This document shows, one piece after another, positions 49,076 through 60,630 of a DNA stretch of 64,000 nt; positions within the stretch are counted from its first letter, which is position 1, and each line of letters begins with the position of its first letter. Below the pieces are notes generated by a model. The model did no database searches and had not been told where the DNA came from. It worked only from the letters and a program-made list of their open reading frames with translations. This stretch comes from Callorhinchus milii (Eukaryota). The position numbers and the translations under genes were made by a program. The stretch spans positions 79,176,001 through 79,240,000 of the forward strand of contig NW_024704742.1 in assembly GCF_018977255.1 (NCBI RefSeq), read 5' to 3'.

Positions 49076-49366
49076 ACAATATATTTTATTGTATTTGGAG
49101 TATATATTTTGGAGGCGGTCGAGATGATTTTTTTTCATTTTTAGTGAATTGATTGAAAGATAGCTGAGAAGCAAACCTAATTTGGGACTGAATATTAATT
49201 ATTTTCTGTCCCTTTTTTTATCTTCAGCAGATAGGCATTTCTTTGTAAATCCTCAATCTGATCGGACAGATCAGGTTTAGATGTATAGTTTTGATTGATG
49301 TTCTTTTACATGAGGAAACCAATACCGATGGCTGTAATTGATTGTCACCAGGGAAATGGGTCGCAA

Positions 49367-49665
49367 TAACAACAACAGCAAAATTGCATTTGTAAAGTAC
49401 GTCCCAAGGCACTGAATAGTCAGGGATCAGGACCCGAACATAGGGAACAGTGTTGGGAGGAGGGAGGGCGGGGGGGTTAGGACGGTGGCTGAAGGCACGG
49501 TCAAAAAGGAGGGTCTTGAGTCGTGTCTTGAAGGAGGCAAGATAGGGAGCATGGCAAAGGGATTGTGGGATAGAGTTCCAAAAAGTGGGGGCAGAGAGGT
49601 TGAAAGCCCAGCCGGCGAGGGTAGGGCAGGACGGACGGGAGACCTGAAGCAAGCTGGAGCCAGTG
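49367..49665 (-). mobile_element. L2 3' fragment
   Basis: AFNLSAPTFWNSIP...FKTRLKTLLFDRAF frame. Confidence 0.9.
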
Positions 49666-51337
49666 AATCCCTTGAAATAGTAGATGAATCCTTGGATGTC
49701 AAGTTCTTTAGAAATGGTTCATTTGAGCAGGAACTAACAGCATTAGAAAGAAACTGGTTGAAGTGGTTGAACTCTACATGAACAGATGTGGCTGGGTGGT
49801 GAGGGTGGTAGAAGGAATGGAGAAAATGTCTTGACTTTCTTTATCTCAATGTAAAATGTGCCGAGTTTTATTGTCAAACTAACATATGTGGAAACTCATC
49901 ATCATTCTTAAGATTTTCCGAATTCAATGGAGTGTTGCACATATGAATGTAAATTTCCCTTTGCTAAAATAAATTGTGCATTTCTTTCCCTGGAGATGGC
50001 AGGGTTGCTGAGCAACCGAGGTCCCGCCTGTGCAGGTGGACATGAAAGATCCTGTGGCACTATGCAAAAAGAGAAGAGAGTTTCTCGTGGTAGCTTGGTC
50101 AACATTTCTCCCCCCCACCTCAACCACCAAAAACAATGGTCAATTGTTTCATGGCTGTTTGTGGGATATTGGTGTATGCAACTGGGCTGCTGCGTTCGTT
50201 CACAAATAAACAGTCACTCCACTATATTGTGAAAATCTTTGAAGCGCTTTGAGGCATCCTTCCGACTTGAAAGGTATTATAGCAAATGCAAGGGAAAAAG
50301 GGAGGAATGGGGATGATCATGAATGTAGTCGAAGAGATAGGTTTAAGGTGGGATTCAGCATGCAGAATAAACATCCCAAAACTCCCAAACTCTCTAGGAA
50401 GACAACAGCAACATCCTGCATTAAAATAACACCCTTTGTACTGGGTGGCATCTTGGAAAGCTGGGCAATGAAAATCACTAAGAAGGGAGGGAAGGAAGGA
50501 CAACTGGAGGAATGTTAAGCAAAGGCATGGTCAAAGATAAAGGCTTTTTAATAAGTATGATACATATCAGAGAACCACTAGCATGTCTGGTCCTTTCTGC
50601 AACATTCCCATAGCTTAAGGTTGGTCAATGTTTGGGAAATCAGGATGTTCTAAAGAGGAAGATATAATTCAAATAAATCTGTTGATCTTAAGCAATACCA
50701 CAGAAAAATAGTAACCTAAGGCAAATCATATTGGCATGGGAAATGTGATCGTTTGCAAAGTAGGTAAAACACTAAGTATGAAACAGGAAACCAAAATAAA
50801 TCATTAGGTGGGTAGAGTATAATTGCACAATTGAAACACAATCTCAGTCTATCAAGAAACGCTCTATATCTACATCTGAGGGAATTAGGCTTCAGCACAT
50901 GAAAACATACTTGCATATTTTACGTATATTATTACACTATTTGTATTTGTAGTAGTTAAACTAACACAGTGAATTTAATTTCTTTCTCGTCACCTTATAG
51001 TTGAAGCCAATTGAGATTTTTTATTCTTTTAACATTTTTTTGAAAAGTAGTTTTGGGAAGTATTTTGCAAGTGAATCTTTTGAAACTTACAAAACAAACA
51101 GTTTGCTCTGCCTTATTTATAAACATTAGCTGATATTTAATACTGGTTCATGATTTCAAAATGTGCAGTGTTTTCAATTGTGTTCATCAACCACTCTTAT
51201 CTCCTGGAGAAAATGAGATACTTTGTGAACCATGAAAGTAACTGAGCAAAATCTAAAATATTCAGCCATCTCCAGATATCTATGCTCCCAGAAGCACAGA
51301 AATGACCATGGAATGTTTAATTTCAGTCTGAATCTAT

Positions 51338-51520
51338 TCTCTAATGCTATTCTCTAGCAGACAAACATATTCCTATAGGCTCTAATGCTATTCTCCAGAA
51401 GATTCCTATTTCTACGGCTGTAATGTTATAATCTGGCAGATGAACCTATTCCTGCATTCTCAGATGGTCCTATCAAGCAGATAGACCTATTCTGTATGCT
51501 ATAATGCTATTCACCAGTAG
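51338..51520. repeat. Degenerate minisatellite, about 40-bp period, 4-5 units
   Basis: Recurrent TAATGCTATTC...CAGA...CCTATTC motif. Confidence 0.7.
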
Positions 51521-52579
51521 AAATGCATCGCAGAAAGCTATTTTTTTGATGGAGTTCATCAGCATCATCAGCTGCTTTGCTTGGGGAGTCATTTGCACAG
51601 ATCCAATGGTCCGTGAGGTGAGAGAGATCTCCATGTCTGCAGTTCTGCTTTGTTTCAGCTTTGCTGGATGAAGCCTGTTCTCCAAAAGCTGCTGGATGAT
51701 GTTAATCCTATCAAAACTGGAATGCAAAGTCATGAAGCTGTTGAGCATTGGAGCTAGCTAGTCAATGATGCTATGCTGAAAAGTGATTGAATCCTCAGTC
51801 ACTTTGTGAGGCTCAATAATTTGCAGGTTCAATGAAATATCACGATTGGCAATGGGATTTGAGGTTTACCGACATTTAATTAATTTAAATTGTACAAGCA
51901 TGATTCTCAATATTACAGTGTAACATTGGATCATTTGTTTGTAACAAACCACGTGATTCATACATCTGGGTCCCAAGAAAATGGAATTTTGCATCTGTAA
52001 AATTGTTTTTAAAAATCTGATGTTAGTCAATAAACTCTTAGTTAATTAAGCTATTGAATGTGTAGGTGCTAGTCAGAATTCATGCCCTATTTAGTGAAAT
52101 GAAGCCTTCAATATGAAAAGTACAACACAATTTACAATTATATAATGCCTTTCACATCAGGGGGACAACTCGAAGTGCTTTACACTATGGGCCGGGCAAC
52201 CAAGGTGGGAGTGGGAGCTGGAAGGGGGTGGGGAATCATGAAGTTATTAAATTCAAGGCCAGACACATTTTACTGTTTTTGAATTTTTATAATGACCTTT
52301 ATTTACATAACATCAAATGCTTTCAGTCTATGTTTCAGAGAAGGCGTTAACTTTAGTACAACTCTCCCCTTAAATGTGAGTTTTTTTATTGTTTGCATAA
52401 GAATCAATTTAAATATTTTATTTTGTTACATTTGAGAAATTATTATTCCTTTGACAGTTCTGCTTGTGGTCTGCAATTGGGCTACGGAATGTATTTCACC
52501 ACCAGAGAGATAAGAAATGTGGAATCCACTTTCCCAGAAGACAGTAGAGGTAAAATCAACTGGGTGTTTAACAGGAAGA

Positions 52580-52968
52580 TAAATAATAATCCTTGCATTT
52601 TCTAATAATGCCTTTCATGTCAAGAGGACATGTCAAAGTGCTTCACAGAATTTGTATTTATTTTGTAGGCAAATGCGGCAGCTAATTTGTGCACAGCAAT
52701 GTCCCTTAAAACAGCCATGGAGTGAAAGATCAATTTTATCTGGAGACGTTTTGACCAGGACACCAAGATAAATTCCCTTCTCTGTTCAAATAATGCGACG
52801 GGATCTCCAGCATCCATCTGACTAGGCAGACAGTTAACAGTGAATCCAAAGGACAGCACCTCCAAACAATGCAGCACACACCCAGCTCTGTATTGGAATG
52901 TCAGTCTAGCCTGAGTTCAAAGAAGCAACATGAGAAGAGACTGCTACCAACTGAGGCAGGCTGATGCC
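52580..52968 (-). mobile_element. DeuSINE-type element
   Basis: AATAATCCTTGCATTT tail through ...CTACCAACTGAGGCAGGCTGA head. Confidence 0.8.
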
Positions 52969-54352
52969 TAGATAGACAGGTAAATACTAATGAATGAATA
53001 CTAATAGATAATACTTAACAGATAAGGGTAATGAGGAGTTTGGACGCAAGGGAGGAAAACGGGATTAAAAGATCTGTCTTCATCCAAAAATAATACATTT
53101 GGTAATTGTACCTTTTATGTCAGGAGGACACCTCAAAGCACTTCACAGGATATACTGTAAAATGCATTGATTGTAATGGATTGTGGCGGACAGGTGATTG
53201 GTCTCCTCCTGTCCTCATGTTCTCATATCATCCTTTGACAGTAATATTATTAATTGTCATTGAATGCCAGATTTTATATCATTTCCAGGATTGCTATATT
53301 GGAACTGAAGTTCTAAGCAATTAGAATATCCCAATTTACAGGTTGTGAAACAACACAGGAAGCTACAGTTTCCATTAATATTTAAATGCTTCATAAATGT
53401 GCAGAGAATATTGGGTTAATTTGAACAAAGAATGGGTAAGAAAAGACCTACAAATATTATCTATTAGATTCTGCTGCTAGAGAAAACAGTGGATAAATAT
53501 TCTGGCAATGGTTTCAGTCACAGTCCTCAGTTAAATGCAGTATTTACTGCTGTATCTACTCTGTTTTCAACTAAGGAGAAGTATTTCGTCTGGGGAATTG
53601 ACAAAGCTGGATAAGTTCATGCTTTAATTATTTCCACGAGGCAAACTAGTTATCCAAGCTTATAGTCAAATGCAAAGTGTGAGTATTTTATGTTATATTC
53701 TGATTGTAATTTCATATTTTCTGTGATGCAGGACAGTTTTTAGTACTTTGGTTGAAAGGCTAAAGAGAAACATTTTGGGGGAAAAGCGGGGCAAGCAGGA
53801 CAGAATGAAAGGGAGCTATTATCTCTAGTTCCACAATCATTGACCAATTTTATCTGAGGGTGTTGTTAGCCAGAAGATTTTTTCTCTGGAAGAAACACTT
53901 GTCTCTTTTTAAATAGTGTCATGGGATCTTTAAAGTCCACCTGGAAAGTTTAATATCTAATCAGGAGGACGGTACCTCCAAGAATGAAGCTGCAATGGAT
54001 ATTTCTTTGCAGATCTGCCTTTTTTTCTTGGCTCCAGTACATCCAACACTTCAGACTGTACTGAAAACCTACTTGGGAAATGAAAAACATAATATGGTTT
54101 AATTGCAAGGAAAATTTTAGAGAGGATAAGCTCCAGGAGACTAAGATCTCATAGAAAATCACAGTCAATCATCATTTTACTGACGATTCCACTTCCTCAG
54201 AATCAACTTTCTTAAGATCCCTCTCCCTCAGTGGACATGACCTTCACTCCTCCAACAATGCAGCAGCTGAGTCATTAAGCCTTGATCTTTTTTATGCTCT
54301 TTGATGAGTTAATGATATTCTTGTCTCAAGTAATTTTTCAAAGATATGGTGT

Positions 54353-54673
54353 GGAGTCCTGTAGCTCAGTGGTTAGAGCACTCGCTTTGCAAGCGAGAGA
54401 CCTGAGTTCAATTCCAGGCAGGGCGAAACCTTGGGCAAGTTTCCTTACTCCACACGCCTAATAATAATCCCTCCAAAAAAACAAAACAATAATAAATTGG
54501 TCATTTTCAATCTACGACTGTTTGTGGGACATTGCTGTGCGCAATTGGCTGCCGCGTTCGCCCACAAATATACAGTCAATTCACTTTACAGTGTGTCCTG
54601 TGAAGCGCTTTGGGACGTCCTCCCGACGTGAAAAGCGCTATATCAAATGCAAGGATTATTATTATTATTATTA
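54353..54673 (+). mobile_element. Young tRNA SINE, full length
   Basis: Near-identical to 218-543. Confidence 0.95.
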
Positions 54674-54734
54674 ATGTTTCACGCAAATCGTGTGAATAGG
54701 TACCACTCTTATCTTTGACGTTTTCATTTTTTAA

Positions 54735-56300
54735 ACCACATTCATCTAGCAGCAGCCTTGACCTCATTATCTCTTCTGATCAAATGGAATTATCACATCT
54801 CCATTCCTAAAGTTGCCATCAAGAAGCTTGGATTCCTCCTTTGTGTTAAACCTTTATTTTCCTTACAACTCTTCACTTTGGTCACCTTCATCTTGCTTTC
54901 TACAATGCCAACCTCTCTGCTCTCCAAAGCTCCACCATCCACCAAGTGCAATTGATTCAGAACTCCGCCGAACATATCCTCACATGGATCAAACTACATA
55001 CAACAACAAAAACAACTTGACTTACATAGAGTCCTCCACGCAGGGCAGTGTCTCAGAGGGCGTAAGAGTGGTGGAGTCTGACTATGAGCTGGGTGGAGGG
55101 GGGAGGTGGATGTAAGCACAGTTGAAGAGGAAAGATTTCAGGCAGGACCTGAAAGAAAGAGGGGAGAGAGGGGGCAAGGTGGAGGAATTGAGGGAGATTT
55201 ATTTCAGAGTTTTGGGGCGTAGTGGCTGAAAACACAACCTCCGACAGTGGGGCGGAGGGTGAGAGGGACGAGCAGGAGGCCGGTGCCAGTTGAGTGGAGG
55301 TGCCGGGTGGTGGATTGGGAAGTGAGGAGGTCAGAGAGGTAGGGAGGTGCCAGGGAATGAATGGATTTGAACACAAGTGTGAGTAGCTTGAAGTTGATCC
55401 TTTCAGTGATGGGGTGCCAGTGGAGCCTGGCCAGAACTGGTGAGATGGGGGTATGGAGTTTGGTCCAGGTCAGTATGTGAGTGGCAGAGGTCTGAATGAG
55501 CTGGATCTTGTGAATGGTGGCGTTGTGGAGACCGGTGAGGAGTGCGTTGGAGTAATCTAAGTGGGAAGTGATAAAAAGCATGCACAAGGGTTTCAGCTGC
55601 ATTTGGGGTAAGGTACAGTCGGAGGCGGGCAATGTGGCAGAGGTGGAAAAAGGTGGGGTGGGGAGGAGGTATGTTTGAGGGTCGAACTGGATGCCTGGGT
55701 TGCACACTGGTTCAGAGAACCCAGATAGATTGAATAGTTTAGATCCGCAGGAGCGAAGACGTTGACGGGAACCAAGGAATATGGCTTCCACCTTGTCCAT
55801 ATTCAGCTGCAGGATTTTTACACTCATCCAGGCCTTATGTCTGCTAGACAGGCTGATAGAACATCAGCGGGTATATATGTACCCCCACACCCCAATCCAT
55901 GCCAGCCACCACTGGTCCCTGTCATAAAATGGAACAAATTCAAGATCCGCACACTCACCTAAAAATTAAAGCATTCCCTAGCACCTACCTCTGTAACCTG
56001 ATCACCCTCTTTTCACCCGCTTTGCTCAGTCAGCTCCGGCATTCTGCACATCTCTCATTCCCTCCACTCCACCATTGGTGGTCATACTTTCAGCCACTAT
56101 GCCTCAAACCTGGAACTCTCTGCCTCATCCTCAGCCATGTCCGCTCTTTGTTCTTCAAATGACATCTGAAGACTTTCCTCTCCGAGGCTTGTGCGGTGAC
56201 CTCCCCTTTCTCTCCAACTCAATATCAAGCTCCATCGCAGTTAAGCACTCCAAGATGTTATCCCGTGTGAAGAGCGGTATATACAAATGCATGTTGTTGT
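54735..56300. mobile_element. Old + strand L2 (54735-54998 and 55880-56300) split by a minus-strand L2 (54999-55855)
   Basis: The outer pieces read continuously (QLIQNSAEHILTWIKLH, then the LHW/FKI region); the inner piece has ORF 55204-55827 with TSHLDYSN and LHWHP. Confidence 0.85.
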
Positions 56301-56368
56301 TTTAGATTCCACTCCTACGACAAATTTTTACCCCTAAATTCAACTGCATCGGCTACTCGCTCATATGG

Positions 56369-56690
56369 AATAATAATAATAATAATAATCCTTGCATTTG
56401 ATATAGCGCTTTTCACGTCGGGAGGACGTCCCAAAGCGCTTCACAGAACACACTGTAAAGTCAATTGACTGTATATTTGTGGGCGAACGCGGCAGCCAAT
56501 TGTGCACAGCAATGTCCCACAAACAGTCGTAGATTGAAAATGACCAATTTATTATTGTTTTTGGTTTTGGAGGGATTATTATTAGGCGTGTGGAGTAAGG
56601 AAACTTGCCCAAGGTTCTGCTCTGCCTGGAATTGAACTCAGGTCTCTCGCTTGCAAAGCGAGTGCTCTAACCACTGAGCTACAGGACTCC
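56369..56690 (-). mobile_element. Young tRNA SINE, full length
   Basis: Reverse complement near-identical to 54353-54673. Confidence 0.95.
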
Positions 56691-56883
56691 AATGTTGTTG
56701 ATGCAGATTAACTGCTACATGTTTCTATATAACATTCATTTCTGATCAATTGTATTTTGTAAAGTGCTGCAACAGGCTTATTTTGACTTAAAAGCTGCTA
56801 TATAAACATACGCGTGCTTTATTATTGCACGACTGCTTGTTAGAATTGCAATTCAAGATGAAGCAAGCTTCTTCCATTATTTA

Positions 56884-58490
56884 TTTTTTTGGTCAGACGT
56901 GTGTCTGACACATGCAGAAACCCATCATGTGATAACTGTGTAGTGATACACGTGTAGTGACTACCCAACCAACCACCTTAAGAGCCACTGAAATCAATGA
57001 GATCCATCTGTAGTTCTCGGTCTCACTTGGGGCACATTTATTGTGGACAGAAGCCACAACTGGTCTCTGGAGGTTGTGCCTCAGAGAGAGTCCTATTGAC
57101 CAGCGCTAAGCGGGCTGCTCAACGCTGAGTTGGAGTTTCTTGACTTGGATCTGTAAGATCGTCACTATTCACTGTCCCCCTCCTCAGAGCAGCTTTTAAG
57201 AACTCAGCATTAGTGCTGCCTGCACCTGCTACCTTGCCATTAACAAGCTGTCACAGTGCAGAGACCACCTCCTCTCATATATTCCATATATCCGGCTTTT
57301 AATCTATCTCACGTCTCCTGCCACCTGTCCCACCCTCAGCGCAGTTATATCTCAACTACAGCCTATTGTGCCAGACCCCATTTCTGCATTATACTCCCTT
57401 CAGATCCCAAGGATACCCTTTTGGCTCTGTTGTACAACACAGAATTTGTCCAACATTTGTACAAACCCAAAGGGGCCCTTCCAGTTATGGCCGATGACCA
57501 ACTTCAGCCAGTGAAAGAAAGATTTGGGATTGTTCTTGTGCATTGTTCTTGTGTAGTTCTGCCTTCTTATGGACTGATGCAATCAATTGATCCCATTTCA
57601 TTTCTCTAATAACCTTCCTGGCTTTGTGCCATGTCTGGTTGTACTTTGCCTTTGCTTCAATTTTAGCTTGCTCTGAGGAAGCTTCCAGAACCCCTTTAAT
57701 GGCCTTCTGCTTTTGCCTAATAGCTCTCCTTCCCTTTGTGGTTACCCTGACAGGGTCCCGCTTGAAGGATGAGTACCTTGCAGGCTATAGATTCAATTTC
57801 TTTACGACCTCAGTTGCAGAAGCAGGAAAATCTTTTGGCTGCATCATCAATCATCAAGTCCCCAATGTCAATTCTTGCACAGAATTGGTTACTGGCTTCA
57901 TGGTCAGCAATACTCTTTGGCACAATCACTCGTAGCATATTGAACCCTAACCTGACAGTCACAGGGTTAACTCTCTGCCCCAGAAGTTCAAAAGCTGCTT
58001 TCTTCACCCAAAAGTGACTGGCCATTGGTCAGAGATTTCCCAGAGATGCCGAACAACTCAATAGGAGATCACAAGATGTGCCAAACATTAACCACCATGG
58101 GATTGATTGTTGTTTCGTTTTGTTCTCTGACGATGCCATGTAATTGGTGAACCTTAGATTGGAAGCAGAGAGAACCCAGGAGGAGATTTTGCTCCACCTT
58201 TGAAGTTCTGGTTTTCACATGTTCCAATTTCCCATAAGAAGCAACAGATAGTCAGAAAACTGTTGTACAAGTCCATCTAATGAGGTACCAACGGCCTTAA
58301 GGATCTCCTCCAGTAGTATATCGAGGGTTAAGCTGGGCTACCAGCTTGAGCCCCAATATAGATCACATAGGAAAGTGACACAAGAGGAGCTACTTAAGAA
58401 CATAAGAGTTTGACATTTGACCCATAAGCTCCATCTGTCAGGCTTTTTAAATCCAACTTCCATTTATTAAAGCTATTAAGCAGTCCAACA
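56884..58490 (-). mobile_element. Decayed non-L2/non-CR1 LINE (RTE-group-like ORF2: APE + linker + RT start) fused to the family 3' terminus
   Basis: Manual minus-strand translation gives, in canonical order, LWVK...FLCDLY, LLMGNWNM, WEISDQWPV, KNNPKSFFHWLK, EEVVSAL*QLVNGKVAGAGSTNAEFLK and ENYRWISLISVALKVV. Terminus GTCAGACACACGTCTGACC-A7. Confidence 0.85.
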
Positions 58491-58708
58491 CAACCCATGT
58501 GAAGAATGCTGCATAAACACTGGTTGTCATTGTTGTTGACATAGCTCAACTCTCAAGCCAACTTCAACTTTGTGGTAAACTAAAATAAATGCTCAGAAAG
58601 AAAATGTTTACAAGAAATTGCACTGAAACGTGTAATGTTGCCCAGGCACTTACTTCATCATGTGTCCAGTTTCAAACACAAAACACCAACAGTGACTCCA
58701 CTTTTCGT

Positions 58709-59027
58709 GGAGTCCTGTAGTTCAACGGTTAGACCACTCGCCTCTCAAGCGAGAGACCTGGGTTTGATTGCCAGCAGGGCAAAACCGCGGGCAAGTTTCC
58801 TTACTCCACACACTTAATACTAATCCCTCAAGAAAAAAAAACAATAATAAATTGGTCACTTCAATCCACAACTGTTTGTGGGACACTGTTGTGCGCAATT
58901 TCGCTGCCGCATTTCGCCCTTAAATATACAGTCAATTCACTTTGCAGTATATTCTGTGAAGCACTTTGAGACGTCTAGAAAATGTGAAAAGCGCAATATC
59001 AAATGCAAGGATTATTATTACTATTAC
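58709..59027 (+). mobile_element. tRNA SINE, short form, older subfamily
   Basis: Head GGAGTCCTGTAGTTCAACGG, tail GAGACGTCTAGAAAATGTGAAAAGCGC. Confidence 0.92.
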
Positions 59028-59750
59028 TTTACAGTATATCCTTTTAAGTGCTGTGAGATGTCCTCCCCACATGAAAGATGCTGTACCAATGTAAGAATTA
59101 TTATTTTAGTTCTGCGTTCACCAAGTGTTCATATGAATCTTAATAAAAATAACGCAGTTTATAATGTTATCAACAACAACAAGATTACATTTGTATAACG
59201 CCCTTCACATCGGGAGGACATCAATAGATCTAATCCTCGATATGCAATAACAAATGGTCATTGAAGCACCTATTCCAGCCCCATTCCTTTATCAATAATA
59301 ATACATTGACCAGCTTCAAAAAATTGTACCTCTTCTAGTTTAAAGGGTAGAAGTCAAAATGTTACAGTTTTTTTATATTAAAGAACACGTTCCTGAATCA
59401 CTTTATTACCGTGGCTACAGATCTTACAATATCGTTTATTGTTCAAAATCTGTCTGGCATCGAACACGAATTGGACAACAATGGTAACATCTTATTTGCT
59501 AAAAATATTATAGTGGAGTTTGATAGTTGTGATAAGTACAGTGTTGTACAGCCTTTAGTACTGCAGCAGTACAAAAATCAAACACAATCTCTTGTTAGGA
59601 TATTTTAATTTATTGGAGTATCACTCAAGTTGACAGTCTTAACTATGTTATCATAAAGAGAAAGAAAGATTTCAGCATGACCAAATCAAGGTAAACCGGA
59701 TGATGGGCCACATTGCTAAATGAGTTCAGTTTGAATGCCCATACAACTGT

Positions 59751-60123
59751 GCACTCCTGTAGCTTAGTAGTTAGAGCAATTGCCTCTCAAGCGAGAGACC
59801 TGGGTTTGATTCCCAGCAGCGTGAAACGTTAGGCAAGTTTCATTACTCTACACGCCTCTGTTTACAATAGCAGCAAGTAGGAATCCTAAGTTAGTCGATT
59901 GGCGGATCGCTTTTCCAGGGGTAATAACTCCTTCAAAAAAAAAAATAATAATTTCGTCATTCAATCCACGACTGTTTGTGGGACACTGCTGTGTGGTCTT
60001 GGCTGCCACATTTTGCCCACAAAATATATAGTCAATTCACTTTACAGTATATTCTGTGAGCGCTTTGAGACATTTTGAAACCATGATAAGGCGCTATATC
60101 AAGTGCAAGAATTATTATTATTA
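59751..60123 (+). mobile_element. tRNA SINE, long form, full length
   Basis: Same head and tail plus an extra central segment CTCTGTTTACAATAGCAGCAAGTAGG... Confidence 0.92.
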
Positions 60124-60129
60124 TGCTGA

Positions 60130-60630
60130 GGGCAGCTTTACGGTGCTCTGGTCAGGCTGCTCCTAGAGTACTGCATGCAGTTCTGTTCACTGGAACGTGT
60201 AGGGGCTTCCAAGACCCTAGAGGCAATGCAGAGGGAAACAAGAAGAATAATCCCCAGTGTTAAAGAACTCAACTACCAACAGTGATTGGATAATCTAGGG
60301 CTCTTCAGTCTTAAGAGAAGACATTTCAGAGGGGATTTAGAGAAATATACAATTACTTTAGGATGCACAACAACAGTAAAACAAGAGGACATACAGTTAG
60401 AATTGTAAAGGGTAATTTCAGGACAGATACCAGGATGTTTATTTTTCCTCTGAGAGTAATTAACAACTGGAAACAGGTTTCCAGGAAGGATGGTCGAGAC
60501 CAGGACACTTGACTCAGTTAAAAGAAACAGCTTGATGCTGTGGTGGTAGACGCAACGTATGTGTTTTGAAAGGATGAAACAAATTGGACTGAAGGGATTC
60601 CTTCATCCAAATCAATCTTGTGATCTTGTG
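60130..60630 (+). mobile_element. CR1 LINE 3' portion
   Basis: LEYCMQF, LEAMQR, LGLFSLKRRHFRGDL and RVINNW frames, followed by the CR1 3' end. Confidence 0.85.

Noticed and set aside
57810..58025. Endogenous viral element or host gene ORF (MASHFWVKKAAF...)
   Set aside because: Flanked in order by APE and RT motifs; better explained as part of the decayed LINE ORF2.
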